Of a DNA stretch of 64,000 bases, positions 19,893 to 28,924 are shown one piece after another (position 1 is the stretch's first letter; every line of letters begins with the position of its first letter). The stretch is from a virus (lineage: Duplodnaviria; Caudoviricetes), in the IMG/VR virus record IMGVR_UViG_3300022752_000013. One strand, given 5' to 3'. A model generated the notes under the pieces. The model was not told the DNA's origin. It worked only from the letters and a program-made list of their open reading frames with translations, and made no database searches. Made by a program: the position numbers and the translations under genes.

Positions 19893-20215
19893 TGGCTATT
19901 CAAGTTGTCAACGCAGTATCGAACGTGGCCTGGACCACAGACAAGGTAGAAATTGCTACCACCACCGCCAACGTGACTTTTCAAGTTTTAGTTGTACAGT
20001 TGACCTATGTACAGGCCAACGGTGTTCCGGCCAATGCCACAATGACCACACCCACCGGCAATCTATATGCCAACGCCATAGTTGTTCCTGGCAACACAGT
20101 GCAACAGTACTATGTTGGTGCAGGCAACTACCTGAACATAGTTACAGGCTCAGGCTTTTCAGCCACAGCACTAGGCACAGCCACATCAGCCACAGCAGGT
20201 TCAGAAGGCATCTAA
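19892..20215 (+). CDS. Hypothetical beta-rich virion protein
   Basis: AAGGAA RBS. Ala/Thr/Val/Asn-rich composition. Confidence 0.6.
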   Translation: MAIQVVNAVSNVAWTTDKVEIATTTANVTFQVLVVQLTYVQANGVPANATMTTPTGNLYANAIVVPGNTVQQYYVGAGNYLNIVTGSGFSATALGTATSATAGSEGI

Positions 20216-20216
20216 C

Positions 20217-20591
20217 GTGCGAGCCAGCGAATTCTTAACGGAGCAACACAACGGGGAAATCAGCAAGCGGCACCGTTATGCCACAGTGGGTCTAAACACG
20301 TTTGGCGACGCTGAGCGTATGGATGGCGGCTATACTGCATACAGAGTCATGATGGCCAGTGCCATGGCCGATGGCACCAACAAACCCATTGACATTGACG
20401 CCAAGAGTTGGCATGGCAAAAGAAAAACAGCACATCCTTACACTCAAGCGGAACAAAACATGCTGAAGCAGGCCTTTAAGGCAGTGGGCGCAGACTGGCA
20501 AGACCTAAACCACGGTGACTTGGCGAGCGATGAACCGCCAGGTGGCAACACCAAAAGTCCTATAGAAGGATTTAAAGGATATCCCAGATGA
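20217..20591 (+). CDS. Hypothetical head-associated protein (paralogue A)
   Basis: GTG start. MRASEFLTE...SPIEGFKGYPR. Confidence 0.65.
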   Translation: MRASEFLTEQHNGEISKRHRYATVGLNTFGDAERMDGGYTAYRVMMASAMADGTNKPIDIDAKSWHGKRKTAHPYTQAEQNMLKQAFKAVGADWQDLNHGDLASDEPPGGNTKSPIEGFKGYPR

Positions 20592-20974
20592 GAGCCCGAG
20601 AGTTTATCACTGAAGAAAAAACTTTGCCACCAGAGCAAGCAGACCCCATGAATCATGTGTTTGTATTGCCCGGTGTGCAATCTAGTGATCCTTATCAAAT
20701 ATATCGACTGGGTGTGGCCATGGCCCGAGCCCGTAGTGATGCTGGCACACAAGATCCCATACCCTACATGCCTGCTTGGAGTGCCAAGGCCGTATTTGGT
20801 GAAGAAGCAGTGATTGCCGGATTCAATGCTTCAGTAGAACCAATTATTGATCAAGCATTAAAAATGGCAGGACTATCGGGTGGCAAAGTACAAGTCAGTA
20901 CACCAAACAGCCTTGAGCCTGCTTCTGTGGACACGCAAAGTCCTGTTCGAGGATTCCGAGGCTATCCACGTTAA
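20588..20974 (+). CDS. Hypothetical head-associated protein (paralogue B)
   Basis: MRAREFITE...SPVRGFRGYPR. ATGA-coupled to paralogue A. Confidence 0.65.
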   Translation: MRAREFITEEKTLPPEQADPMNHVFVLPGVQSSDPYQIYRLGVAMARARSDAGTQDPIPYMPAWSAKAVFGEEAVIAGFNASVEPIIDQALKMAGLSGGKVQVSTPNSLEPASVDTQSPVRGFRGYPR

Positions 20975-21005
20975 CATAAATATTAGCCTATTTAAAGGTT
21001 CCTTT

Positions 21006-21824
21006 ATGAACAAAATTCTCGCCTTGTTGATTTTGGCTGTGAGTCTTTCGGCTCAAGCCTGGGAACAACGTGCGCCAAACCCAGTGCAGGCATGCGCTGT
21101 ACATAGCCCATACGGATTTGCCACAGTCAAGCGGCCTGTACAGGCCATATGCCGTGAAGCATATCTTGTGGCATATGATGCTCCTGTAAAGATTCCTGCT
21201 TATGTGGCCTACACATTACTACCACAGAACGCACTAGGTTGCTTTCCTAGAACAAATGCGTTTGTTGCTGATCAAAGTTTAAATGGTACAGGTGCTAGAC
21301 CAGATGACTATGCTGGTACAGGCTACGACAAAGGACATGCCGCACCAGACGGTGACTTGTCATGGTCGGCACAAGTAGAATACGAATCATTCTTGATGAC
21401 CAACATGTATCCACAACACGGATCACTTAACCGTGGCATTTGGAAACTGTTAGAAACAGCAGTACGTGGATGGACTGTACAACTAAATCAACCTTTTACA
21501 ATTTATGTAGGTGCATTGTATGGGGCAGGTGACGAGTCGATCGGCAATGGAGTCGTTGTGCCACATGGCTACTACAAGATTGTGATCAACAACGCAACCA
21601 AGCAGGCCGCAGGTTGGGTATTCCCACACACCAAACCCTATGTTAACTTGGGTAACGACCTAACTGTGTTCCGTCGGTCCATTGCAGAGATAGAAAAAGT
21701 GGCCGGCGTAGACTACAAGTTCCCCGCAGGTGTTACGGAAGTACAACCCGGTCAAGAATGGCCTGTGGACTTTGGTGCATTGACAAATGCCAAAAGAGCC
21801 AAGTGTGGTCGTAATGCAGAATAA
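21006..21824 (+). CDS. DNA/RNA non-specific endonuclease (NucA/EndA family) with signal peptide
   Basis: DYAGTGYDKGH..P, ESFLMTNMYPQH..LNRG.W..LE, VPHGYYKIV. N-terminus MNKILALLILAVSLSAQA. Confidence 0.9.
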   Translation: MNKILALLILAVSLSAQAWEQRAPNPVQACAVHSPYGFATVKRPVQAICREAYLVAYDAPVKIPAYVAYTLLPQNALGCFPRTNAFVADQSLNGTGARPDDYAGTGYDKGHAAPDGDLSWSAQVEYESFLMTNMYPQHGSLNRGIWKLLETAVRGWTVQLNQPFTIYVGALYGAGDESIGNGVVVPHGYYKIVINNATKQAAGWVFPHTKPYVNLGNDLTVFRRSIAEIEKVAGVDYKFPAGVTEVQPGQEWPVDFGALTNAKRAKCGRNAE

Positions 21825-21891
21825 CCCATATCCTGTATACCCTGAGGACGATGGTCGCGACCGCTTTCGTAATCCCTACAGTCCAGTGTGA
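21814..21891 (+). CDS. Putative 25-aa micro-protein MQNNPYPVYPEDDGRDRFRNPYSPV
   Basis: Read manually; not in the ORF track. Fills the gap between the nuclease and terminase genes. Confidence 0.35.
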   Translation: MQNNPYPVYPEDDGRDRFRNPYSPV

Positions 21892-21931
21892 TTTTGCTTT
21901 TGGGTCACCAATTTAGCATAACTAATAGACC

Positions 21932-23503
21932 ATGACCAAAACACTAGAAGGCGTACTGGTCAAAGCACCATACCGACGCCAATCTTTTTCTGATGAACAA
22001 CTGCAGGAATTTCTTGCATGTGCAGATCCACAAGACGGGCCGCACTACTTCATGGACAACTTCTTTCACATACAGCATCCTACACAGGGCAAGATGCTGT
22101 ATCATCCGTTCTCTTATCAAAAGCGACTGATCGAAACTTATCACAACAACCGTTATAGCATAAGCATGATGCCGCGACAGACCGGCAAGTCTACCTCGGC
22201 CGCTGGTTACATTCTTTGGTATGCCATGTTCATTCCAGATAGTACAATTCTTATTGCGGCACACAAGTACACAGGTGCCCAGGAGATCATGCAACGTATT
22301 CGCTTTGCTTATGAATTGTGTCCAGATCATATCCGAGCAGGTGCCACCAGTTACAACAAAGGCTCCATAGACTTTGAAAACGGATCAAGAATTGTGTCAG
22401 CCACCACAACCGAAACAACTGGTCGTGGTATGAGTATTACCTTGCTATACGCTGACGAGTTTGCGTTTGTGCGACCCACTATTGCTACAGAGTTTTGGAC
22501 CTCCATATCACCTACCTTGGCCACAGGTGGTAAGGCTATTATCACAAGTACTCCCAACTCGGACGAAGATCAATTTGCGCTGATCTGGAAAGGTGCCAAC
22601 AAGTGTATAGACGAGTTTGGCAATCCAACTGAACTGGGCATGAATGGATTCCGCGCATTTAGAAGTTACTGGCAAGAGCACCCGGACCGTGATGAAAAGT
22701 GGGGCGAGAACATGCGGGCACAACTGGGCGACGATCGTTTCCGCAGAGAGATCGGTTGTGAGTTCATTATCAATGATGAAACACTTATTGCTCCAGCCAA
22801 GTTGTTGGACTTAGAAAGTCGTGATCCTTGGAAACGCACAGGACATGTGCGTTGGTACGAAGCCATCAAGCCCGACTCAATCTATGTAGTGGCACTAGAC
22901 CCCAGTCTGGGCACCGGAGGCGACCCTGCGGCCATACAAATCTTTGAAGCCAATACCACACGTCAAGTGGGCGAGTGGACACACAATCGCACACCTATTC
23001 CAGAACAGATACGCATCCTGTCAGACATCTGCCGGCACATCAATGAAACTGTGCAAAATGACAAGAACATCTACTACAGTATTGAAAACAACACCATTGG
23101 TGAAGCAGGCCTGATCTCTATTGCAGAGTTTGGCGAAGAAAACATACAGGGTTACTTTTTGTCAGACCCGCACATGAGCAACAGCAACAGACGTATGCGC
23201 AAGGGCTTTAATACCACACACAAGAACAAACTGTCAGCCTGTGCCAAAGTTAAAAATCTAATAGAAACCAACAGAATGACTGTGTACAGTTCAGCACTGA
23301 TAAGTGAACTCAAAACCTTTGTGGCTTCGGGCTTGAGTTTTGCCGCTAAAATAGGCGAAACAGATGACTTGGTCATGAGCATGTTGTTAGCGGTGCGCAT
23401 GATGCAGGTTTTGCAGAGTTTTTACACAGAACTAGACAGCCAAATGAAGGATCATTCAGACAACGTGATCGAACCCTTCCCGTTTATATCAACTATGTAT
23501 TGA
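21932..23503 (+). CDS. Terminase large subunit (T4 gp17-like)
   Basis: PRQTGKS Walker A, LLYADEFAF Walker B, IITSTPN, VALDPSLG nuclease motif, TDDLVMS. Confidence 0.95.
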   Translation: MTKTLEGVLVKAPYRRQSFSDEQLQEFLACADPQDGPHYFMDNFFHIQHPTQGKMLYHPFSYQKRLIETYHNNRYSISMMPRQTGKSTSAAGYILWYAMFIPDSTILIAAHKYTGAQEIMQRIRFAYELCPDHIRAGATSYNKGSIDFENGSRIVSATTTETTGRGMSITLLYADEFAFVRPTIATEFWTSISPTLATGGKAIITSTPNSDEDQFALIWKGANKCIDEFGNPTELGMNGFRAFRSYWQEHPDRDEKWGENMRAQLGDDRFRREIGCEFIINDETLIAPAKLLDLESRDPWKRTGHVRWYEAIKPDSIYVVALDPSLGTGGDPAAIQIFEANTTRQVGEWTHNRTPIPEQIRILSDICRHINETVQNDKNIYYSIENNTIGEAGLISIAEFGEENIQGYFLSDPHMSNSNRRMRKGFNTTHKNKLSACAKVKNLIETNRMTVYSSALISELKTFVASGLSFAAKIGETDDLVMSMLLAVRMMQVLQSFYTELDSQMKDHSDNVIEPFPFISTMY

Positions 23504-23516
23504 TAAATATAACACT

Positions 23517-25490
23517 ATGGCAGCAAACTCACCCGGACAACAACTAAACGATTTATTGGTCACTAGAAATTTTGACCCTGAAGCACTAGATGCACGAACT
23601 GGCAAGCCGCCCCTGGACGACCAGGGTGCTCCTGATCCTGAAAATGCGGACATGTTTACATTTGACTGGGTAGCAGACTCCGGCAAGAACTACGGCACAG
23701 TGGTTTGCTTGCTGGGCGCTGACAACAACTTTGAAGTTTATTTTGGCGACAATCTTGGCCGCGGTATGGAGTTTGACGACAAGGCTGACTGGTACGAATT
23801 CCTGGACCAGTTGCGTAACTTTGCCAAACGCAATCTCTTGCGTTACGACCTGCAGAACCTACGTAGACTCAAGTATACTATGGCCGGAATGGCTGCCATC
23901 AAAGAAGGCCTGTTTGAAGGCTACTATGGCAACAAAAAGGTGAGTTATGCTGGTGAGCCCACACAGGCACGACTCATGATCAAACACAATCGCACCCTGG
24001 GTGAAAACGATGCACGTTTCCGCTATGTGGAAAGCCTGTTCATTGAAACAGTGGCAGGCGAAGTGTTCAAAATGCCGTTCAAGAAACTGGCCGGCGGACG
24101 AGCCATGCTGGAACATGTGCGTCACGGTGGCACACCTTATGATGCTCGTGGACAACACATTGTAGAAATTGTTGAACAGATCAATGTGCTGAGTCAGTTC
24201 CGTAGAGCACATCAAGGTCGAGTATTTGAAGGTGCTGCCGGCGAACTGGTAGCAGAAACAACAGAATACTTGAATCGACTGCGTCACAATCTCAAGGCAG
24301 TGAGCAACGATCGCGGTTACACCCAATACTTTGAATCATGGAGCCCGGCTGATGTGTCGGAATCAGATCTCATAGTGGAAGATTTAAAAAGCCTCTTTGT
24401 GGAAACACGTATCGATCCACGCATAGAGCAAGCGTTGCCCATGTTGGCACGAATACAAAAGGAAGCACTAGCCATGAAAGAAGCAGAAATATTTGAATCC
24501 TGGGCCAATCGTATTGTAGAAGGTACCTGGACATTACCGGAAACTCCTGAGCAACAAGATGAACTCAAGATGTTGATGAGTCGACCCTTGACAGTGGGCG
24601 CGGATGGCATGAATGCCACAGAACAACTGTATGGCTTGATTGGTGACGATGAGTTGTTTGACATCATTGGCAACATTGCTGAAGAAAATCCAGATGCTAA
24701 TTGCTGGGATGATCCGCGTGTACAGGACCGACTGGAAGAACTAGGCGTGTACATGGTCACACCAGCAGAACCTGCTCAGGCAGCCGAAACACCTCCCGTG
24801 GCTGAAGGCAGACCAGAAGACTTACCAGGTATTGATTACGACCGTCCTGGTGATGTAAAACGTAAACAACCCGGCGGTGATGATGATCAAAATCCTTATC
24901 CCTACAGTCCAGAAGAAGATGATGACTACTTCCGTGAAATCTTCCGCAAGAAGCGTGAAGCCGCCAAACAGCAAGGCATGGCGGAAGGCAATATGGATGG
25001 TAAAGCAGCCGACATCAAAGGACAGATAGCAGAACTGGAAGCCGAGCAAGAAGAATATGAATTTGGCTCTTATGCCTATGACACGGTCGATGGCGAACTG
25101 CAATATCTTTACGCAAAACTTGATAAAGCGGAAAAGGGTGTGGCGGAAGGGTTGGGTTATAGTCAAGACCCGGCTCAAGCAAAATGGTATCATGAAGGTC
25201 GCAAGGCATTCAAAGGTGGTACTACTGGTAATCTAATACAAGACATCGCCAAGAAACACGGAGTTCCATCTGAGTGGATTGATGCATTCCATGCCGGATA
25301 TAAAGATCAAGAAGGCTTTGGCAAAGATCCTGTAGACGAAGGTGACAACATGAGCACATTCGAACAAGCCCAGTGCAACCAGACCATGGAAGGCGAATAC
25401 TGCCCAGAACACGGCATGTCCGAGTGCGGCAACTACGGCATGTATGAATCACAATTGGCAAGAATCAAAAGCCTAGCACTACTGCGCTAA
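23517..25490 (+). CDS. Hypothetical virion protein with modular acidic C-terminal half
   Basis: ATAAATA 7 nt upstream. Repeated (G)(V/M)AEG motifs. Confidence 0.65.
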   Translation: MAANSPGQQLNDLLVTRNFDPEALDARTGKPPLDDQGAPDPENADMFTFDWVADSGKNYGTVVCLLGADNNFEVYFGDNLGRGMEFDDKADWYEFLDQLRNFAKRNLLRYDLQNLRRLKYTMAGMAAIKEGLFEGYYGNKKVSYAGEPTQARLMIKHNRTLGENDARFRYVESLFIETVAGEVFKMPFKKLAGGRAMLEHVRHGGTPYDARGQHIVEIVEQINVLSQFRRAHQGRVFEGAAGELVAETTEYLNRLRHNLKAVSNDRGYTQYFESWSPADVSESDLIVEDLKSLFVETRIDPRIEQALPMLARIQKEALAMKEAEIFESWANRIVEGTWTLPETPEQQDELKMLMSRPLTVGADGMNATEQLYGLIGDDELFDIIGNIAEENPDANCWDDPRVQDRLEELGVYMVTPAEPAQAAETPPVAEGRPEDLPGIDYDRPGDVKRKQPGGDDDQNPYPYSPEEDDDYFREIFRKKREAAKQQGMAEGNMDGKAADIKGQIAELEAEQEEYEFGSYAYDTVDGELQYLYAKLDKAEKGVAEGLGYSQDPAQAKWYHEGRKAFKGGTTGNLIQDIAKKHGVPSEWIDAFHAGYKDQEGFGKDPVDEGDNMSTFEQAQCNQTMEGEYCPEHGMSECGNYGMYESQLARIKSLALLR

Positions 25491-25500
25491 TAAGTACAGG

Positions 25501-26409
25501 ATGAATTTTGATTGCTATGCAATAACCACCTGGCCTGGTTATTGCTTTCAGACTGCCCTGTGCATTCGATCCATCCTTGAACATTTTCCACTGCGTCCCA
25601 TACACATCATTGTGGACACCGAGCATCACACAGGGTATCCGATCGCTACACCCTGGCCTGACTTTGAATCGGATCTCAAACAATACATTGCTGATCAACA
25701 CTTCAAAGCCGACATAGTATGGCACACAGTGGGTCAAGTACCTGCAATCAATCAATGTCCTGTGGGTTGGTGGCGTCAACAGTTAGTTAAACTGTGTTTG
25801 GATCAATACTTGCCCGGCAACTCTTGGTTGATCATAGACGCTGATATCATATTTGATCAGCCACTGACATTTGATCAAGTGCCGGTCAAAATAGATTGGT
25901 ACCGTGCTTTAGAAACTGATTCTATAACCCTGGGCAACAGACTATATGTCAAACACCTGCTTGGTACAGATGTCGACAGCATTACCTGCAATAATCTTCC
26001 AGCCTGTGCCAGTGCTGTACCGTTTAGACAACTTGATTGTAAGTTATTGACAGGCATACGAGCCCATGTGGAACAAATCCATCAACAAGACTTTGTTGAG
26101 ATGCATATAAAAATGTTTGAATCACAACAGATAGTAGGGTATGATCCCAAATGTCAGAGCATGGTCATGAGTGAATTTGAACTGATAGAAGTTTATAGGC
26201 ATATGACCCATCCTCTACCATTTCAAGCAGTACACTGGGATCACACCTTTGCTCTTGAATGCACTGGAGACTATCGTTTTAGACATAGCAGTCTGTCAGA
26301 CTGGGCCATTGGTCGTGAATGGTTACAAGCACAACGTCTCCAAATTTCAGATGCTCTATGGCAAAAGAGCAAACAGTTCCAGGAAAATATGCCACATTTG
26401 CGCAAATGA
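25501..26409 (+). CDS. Putative GT-A glycosyltransferase (DUF6492-like)
   Basis: GWWRQQLVKL, then WLIIDADIIF (DxD) and MSEFELI. Confidence 0.55.
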   Translation: MNFDCYAITTWPGYCFQTALCIRSILEHFPLRPIHIIVDTEHHTGYPIATPWPDFESDLKQYIADQHFKADIVWHTVGQVPAINQCPVGWWRQQLVKLCLDQYLPGNSWLIIDADIIFDQPLTFDQVPVKIDWYRALETDSITLGNRLYVKHLLGTDVDSITCNNLPACASAVPFRQLDCKLLTGIRAHVEQIHQQDFVEMHIKMFESQQIVGYDPKCQSMVMSEFELIEVYRHMTHPLPFQAVHWDHTFALECTGDYRFRHSSLSDWAIGREWLQAQRLQISDALWQKSKQFQENMPHLRK

Positions 26410-26410
26410 C

Positions 26411-26545
26411 ATAAATACTATTGACACAGCAGACAAAAGCGCATATACTACTACTGTGTTTGCGCTTTTTCTTTTGTGGCACAGGCAACAATTGATCTAA
26501 GTAATTAGATAGGCAACATACATAGGCAACTTAACAAGGAGAAAA
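26411..26545 (+). promoter_or_regulatory. ssb leader: late ATAAATA, sigma70 TTGACA-17-TATACT, paired stems and three AGGCAAC repeats
   Basis: Elements at 26411-17, 26421-26 and 26444-49; repeats at 26483, 26511 and 26524; AAGGAG RBS. Confidence 0.7.
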
Positions 26546-26548
26546 ACT

Positions 26549-27544
26549 ATGGCATCATTATCAGAAATCAGAGCAAGACTACAGGCAGCAGAGAACAAAG
26601 GTGGGCAATCCACCGAGCGCGGTGATAATTCAATTTACCCGCACTGGAACATGGAAGAAGGCCAATCGGCTACACTACGCTTCCTACCTGATGGTAACTC
26701 TAAAAACACTTTCTTTTGGCAAGAACGGGCAATGATTCGTTTGCCATTCAACGGCATCAAAGGAGAGATGGACTCCAAGCAAGTTATGGTACAAGTACCT
26801 TGCGTGGAAATGTGGAACGAAGCCTGCCCAATCCTGGCAGAAGTTCGCACATGGTTCAAGGACAAAAGCCTTGAAGACATGGGTCGTAAGTACTGGAAGA
26901 AACGCAGTTACATTTTCCAAGGCTTTGTGCGTGAGAATCCCTTGAGCGATGACAAGTCACCTGAGAATCCAATTCGCCGATTCATCATTGGTCCACAAAT
27001 CTTCACAACTATCAAAGGAGCCTTGATGGATCCTGAGTTGGAAGAATTGCCAACAGACTATGTACGTGGTCTAGACTTCCGTGTTAGCAAAGGTGCCAAG
27101 GGAGGATTTGCTGACTACAATGGATCAAAGTGGGCACGTAAAGAGTCAGCACTCACAGAAGTGGAACAAGCGGCTGTGGATCAATACGGTTTATTTGACT
27201 TGAGCACATTCTTGCCCAAGAAGCCCTCTGATGTTGAGTTGAAAGTGATCAAAGAGATGTTTGAAGCATCAGTTGATGGTCAGCCATACGACACAGAGCG
27301 TTGGGGTCAATATTTCCGTCCTGCAGGTGTGCAAGCACCTGCTGGTGGATCCGCTCCGGCACCTGCGGCAGATGAGGACACACCTGCCCCGGCGGCGAAG
27401 CCAGCACTCAAAGTGGCGGCCCCGGTCAGCGACTTTGATGAAGATGACGCACCAGCACCAACTGCACCTGTGGCAAAACCTGCAGGCGGTGGACAAAAGG
27501 CCGAAGACATTTTGGCCATGATTCGTGCTAGACAACAAAAGTAA
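26549..27544 (+). CDS. Single-stranded DNA-binding protein (T4 gp32-like)
   Basis: LRFLPDG, CPI, YWKKRSY..QG.V, G.DFR.SK..KGG.ADY..S.W. Ala/Pro/acidic tail. Confidence 0.9.
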   Translation: MASLSEIRARLQAAENKGGQSTERGDNSIYPHWNMEEGQSATLRFLPDGNSKNTFFWQERAMIRLPFNGIKGEMDSKQVMVQVPCVEMWNEACPILAEVRTWFKDKSLEDMGRKYWKKRSYIFQGFVRENPLSDDKSPENPIRRFIIGPQIFTTIKGALMDPELEELPTDYVRGLDFRVSKGAKGGFADYNGSKWARKESALTEVEQAAVDQYGLFDLSTFLPKKPSDVELKVIKEMFEASVDGQPYDTERWGQYFRPAGVQAPAGGSAPAPAADEDTPAPAAKPALKVAAPVSDFDEDDAPAPTAPVAKPAGGGQKAEDILAMIRARQQK

Positions 27545-27552
27545 TCTAGCAT

Positions 27553-27583
27553 CACACACAGGGCTTGTCTCTGTGTGTTTTTC
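27553..27583 (+). terminator. Rho-independent terminator
   Basis: ACACACAG...CTGTGTGT followed by a T-run after the ssb gene. Confidence 0.7.
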
Positions 27584-27603
27584 TTTCTATACATAGGTAA
27601 ATC

Positions 27604-28662
27604 ATGGGAAAACCATTTGACGTAAGTAAGTTCCGTAAGGAAATTACAAAAAGTATTGACGGCCTTTCGATTGGCTTCAACGATCCAACAGACTGGATCT
27701 CAACAGGCAATTATGCCTTAAACTATTTGATCAGCGGAGACTTCAATCGTGGTATTCCACTGGGCAAGGTCACTGTGTTTGCTGGTGATTCTGGTGCAGG
27801 CAAAAGTTACATCTGTTCGGGTAACATTGTGAAAAACGCACAAGAGCAAGGCATCTTTGTGGTACTGATTGACAGTGAAAATGCTCTTGATGAAGATTGG
27901 CTTAAAGCACTAGGAGTCGATACCAGTGAAAGCAAATTGCTCAAGTTGAGCATGGCCATGATCGACGATGTGGCCAAAACAATTAGCACATTCATGAGCG
28001 ACTACAAAGCACTAGCCGAAGGCGAGCGTCCTAAAGTTATGTTTGTAATTGACTCACTGGGCATGTTGTTGACGCCTACAGACGTTAACCAGTTTGACGC
28101 AGGTGAAATGAAAGGTGACTTGGGTCGCAAACCCAAAGCACTCACAGCATTGGTTCGTAACTGTGTGAACATGTTTGGTAGTTACAACGTGGGTCTGGTT
28201 TGTACCAACCACACCTACGCAAGTCAAGACATGTTTGACCCAGATGACAAGATCTCCGGCGGTCAAGGCTTTATCTATGCATCAAGTATTGTGGTTGCCA
28301 TGAAAAAGATGAAACTCAAAGAAGATGAAGATGGCAACAAAGTATCTGAAGTAAACGGTATCCGTGCCGGGTGTAAAGTTATGAAAACACGCTATGCCAA
28401 ACCCTTTGAAGGTGTGCAGGTCAAGATTCCTTATACAACAGGTATGAGTCCGTATTCTGGTTTAGTTGACTTGATTGAAAAGAAAGAAATGCTCAAGCGT
28501 GAAGGTAACAGTCTGGTGTTTACCACAAGTGATGGAGAGATTATCAAGAAGTTTCGTAAGGCATGGGAAAAGAACGATGATTCATGCCTGGACAAGGTCA
28601 TGGCAGACTTTGGAAATCAGAAGGCAGAGGTAAGTACTCCGGAGGAAACAGCGGATGAGTGA
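27604..28662 (+). CDS. uvsX: RecA-like recombinase (UvsX)
   Basis: WISTG...LNYLISG, AGDSGAGKS Walker A, LIDSENA, VIDSLG, TNHTY, SGG.G..YASS. Confidence 0.92.
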   Translation: MGKPFDVSKFRKEITKSIDGLSIGFNDPTDWISTGNYALNYLISGDFNRGIPLGKVTVFAGDSGAGKSYICSGNIVKNAQEQGIFVVLIDSENALDEDWLKALGVDTSESKLLKLSMAMIDDVAKTISTFMSDYKALAEGERPKVMFVIDSLGMLLTPTDVNQFDAGEMKGDLGRKPKALTALVRNCVNMFGSYNVGLVCTNHTYASQDMFDPDDKISGGQGFIYASSIVVAMKKMKLKEDEDGNKVSEVNGIRAGCKVMKTRYAKPFEGVQVKIPYTTGMSPYSGLVDLIEKKEMLKREGNSLVFTTSDGEIIKKFRKAWEKNDDSCLDKVMADFGNQKAEVSTPEETADE

Positions 28663-28924
28663 AACAATAGCAAGTGAAATTTGGGGAGAACTCAAGCGTT
28701 TTGTAAACACAGTGGACCGTGCTGAAGCCGCTGAAACTGTGATACAGATCTTGATGGACAATGATAGTGACGTGGAAGACATTCGTGCGGCCTTCAAAGG
28801 TGATTCAGACATCAAACGTGCGCTGACCGCATATCTTGACAATGACAAAGACTATGTTGAAGACGAGGAAGAAGAAGATGTCGAAGACGAGGATTACAAC
28901 GAGGACGAAGACTGGGAAAATTAA
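28655..28924 (+). CDS. Small protein with highly acidic C-terminus
   Basis: Ends EDEEEEDVEDEDYNEDEDWEN. Overlaps both neighbours. Confidence 0.65.
   Translation: MSETIASEIWGELKRFVNTVDRAEAAETVIQILMDNDSDVEDIRAAFKGDSDIKRALTAYLDNDKDYVEDEEEEDVEDEDYNEDEDWEN

Noticed and set aside
26483-26530. CRISPR-like mini-array
   Set aside because: Repeats are only 7 nt with irregular 6-21 nt spacing and no cas genes; better explained as a regulatory leader.
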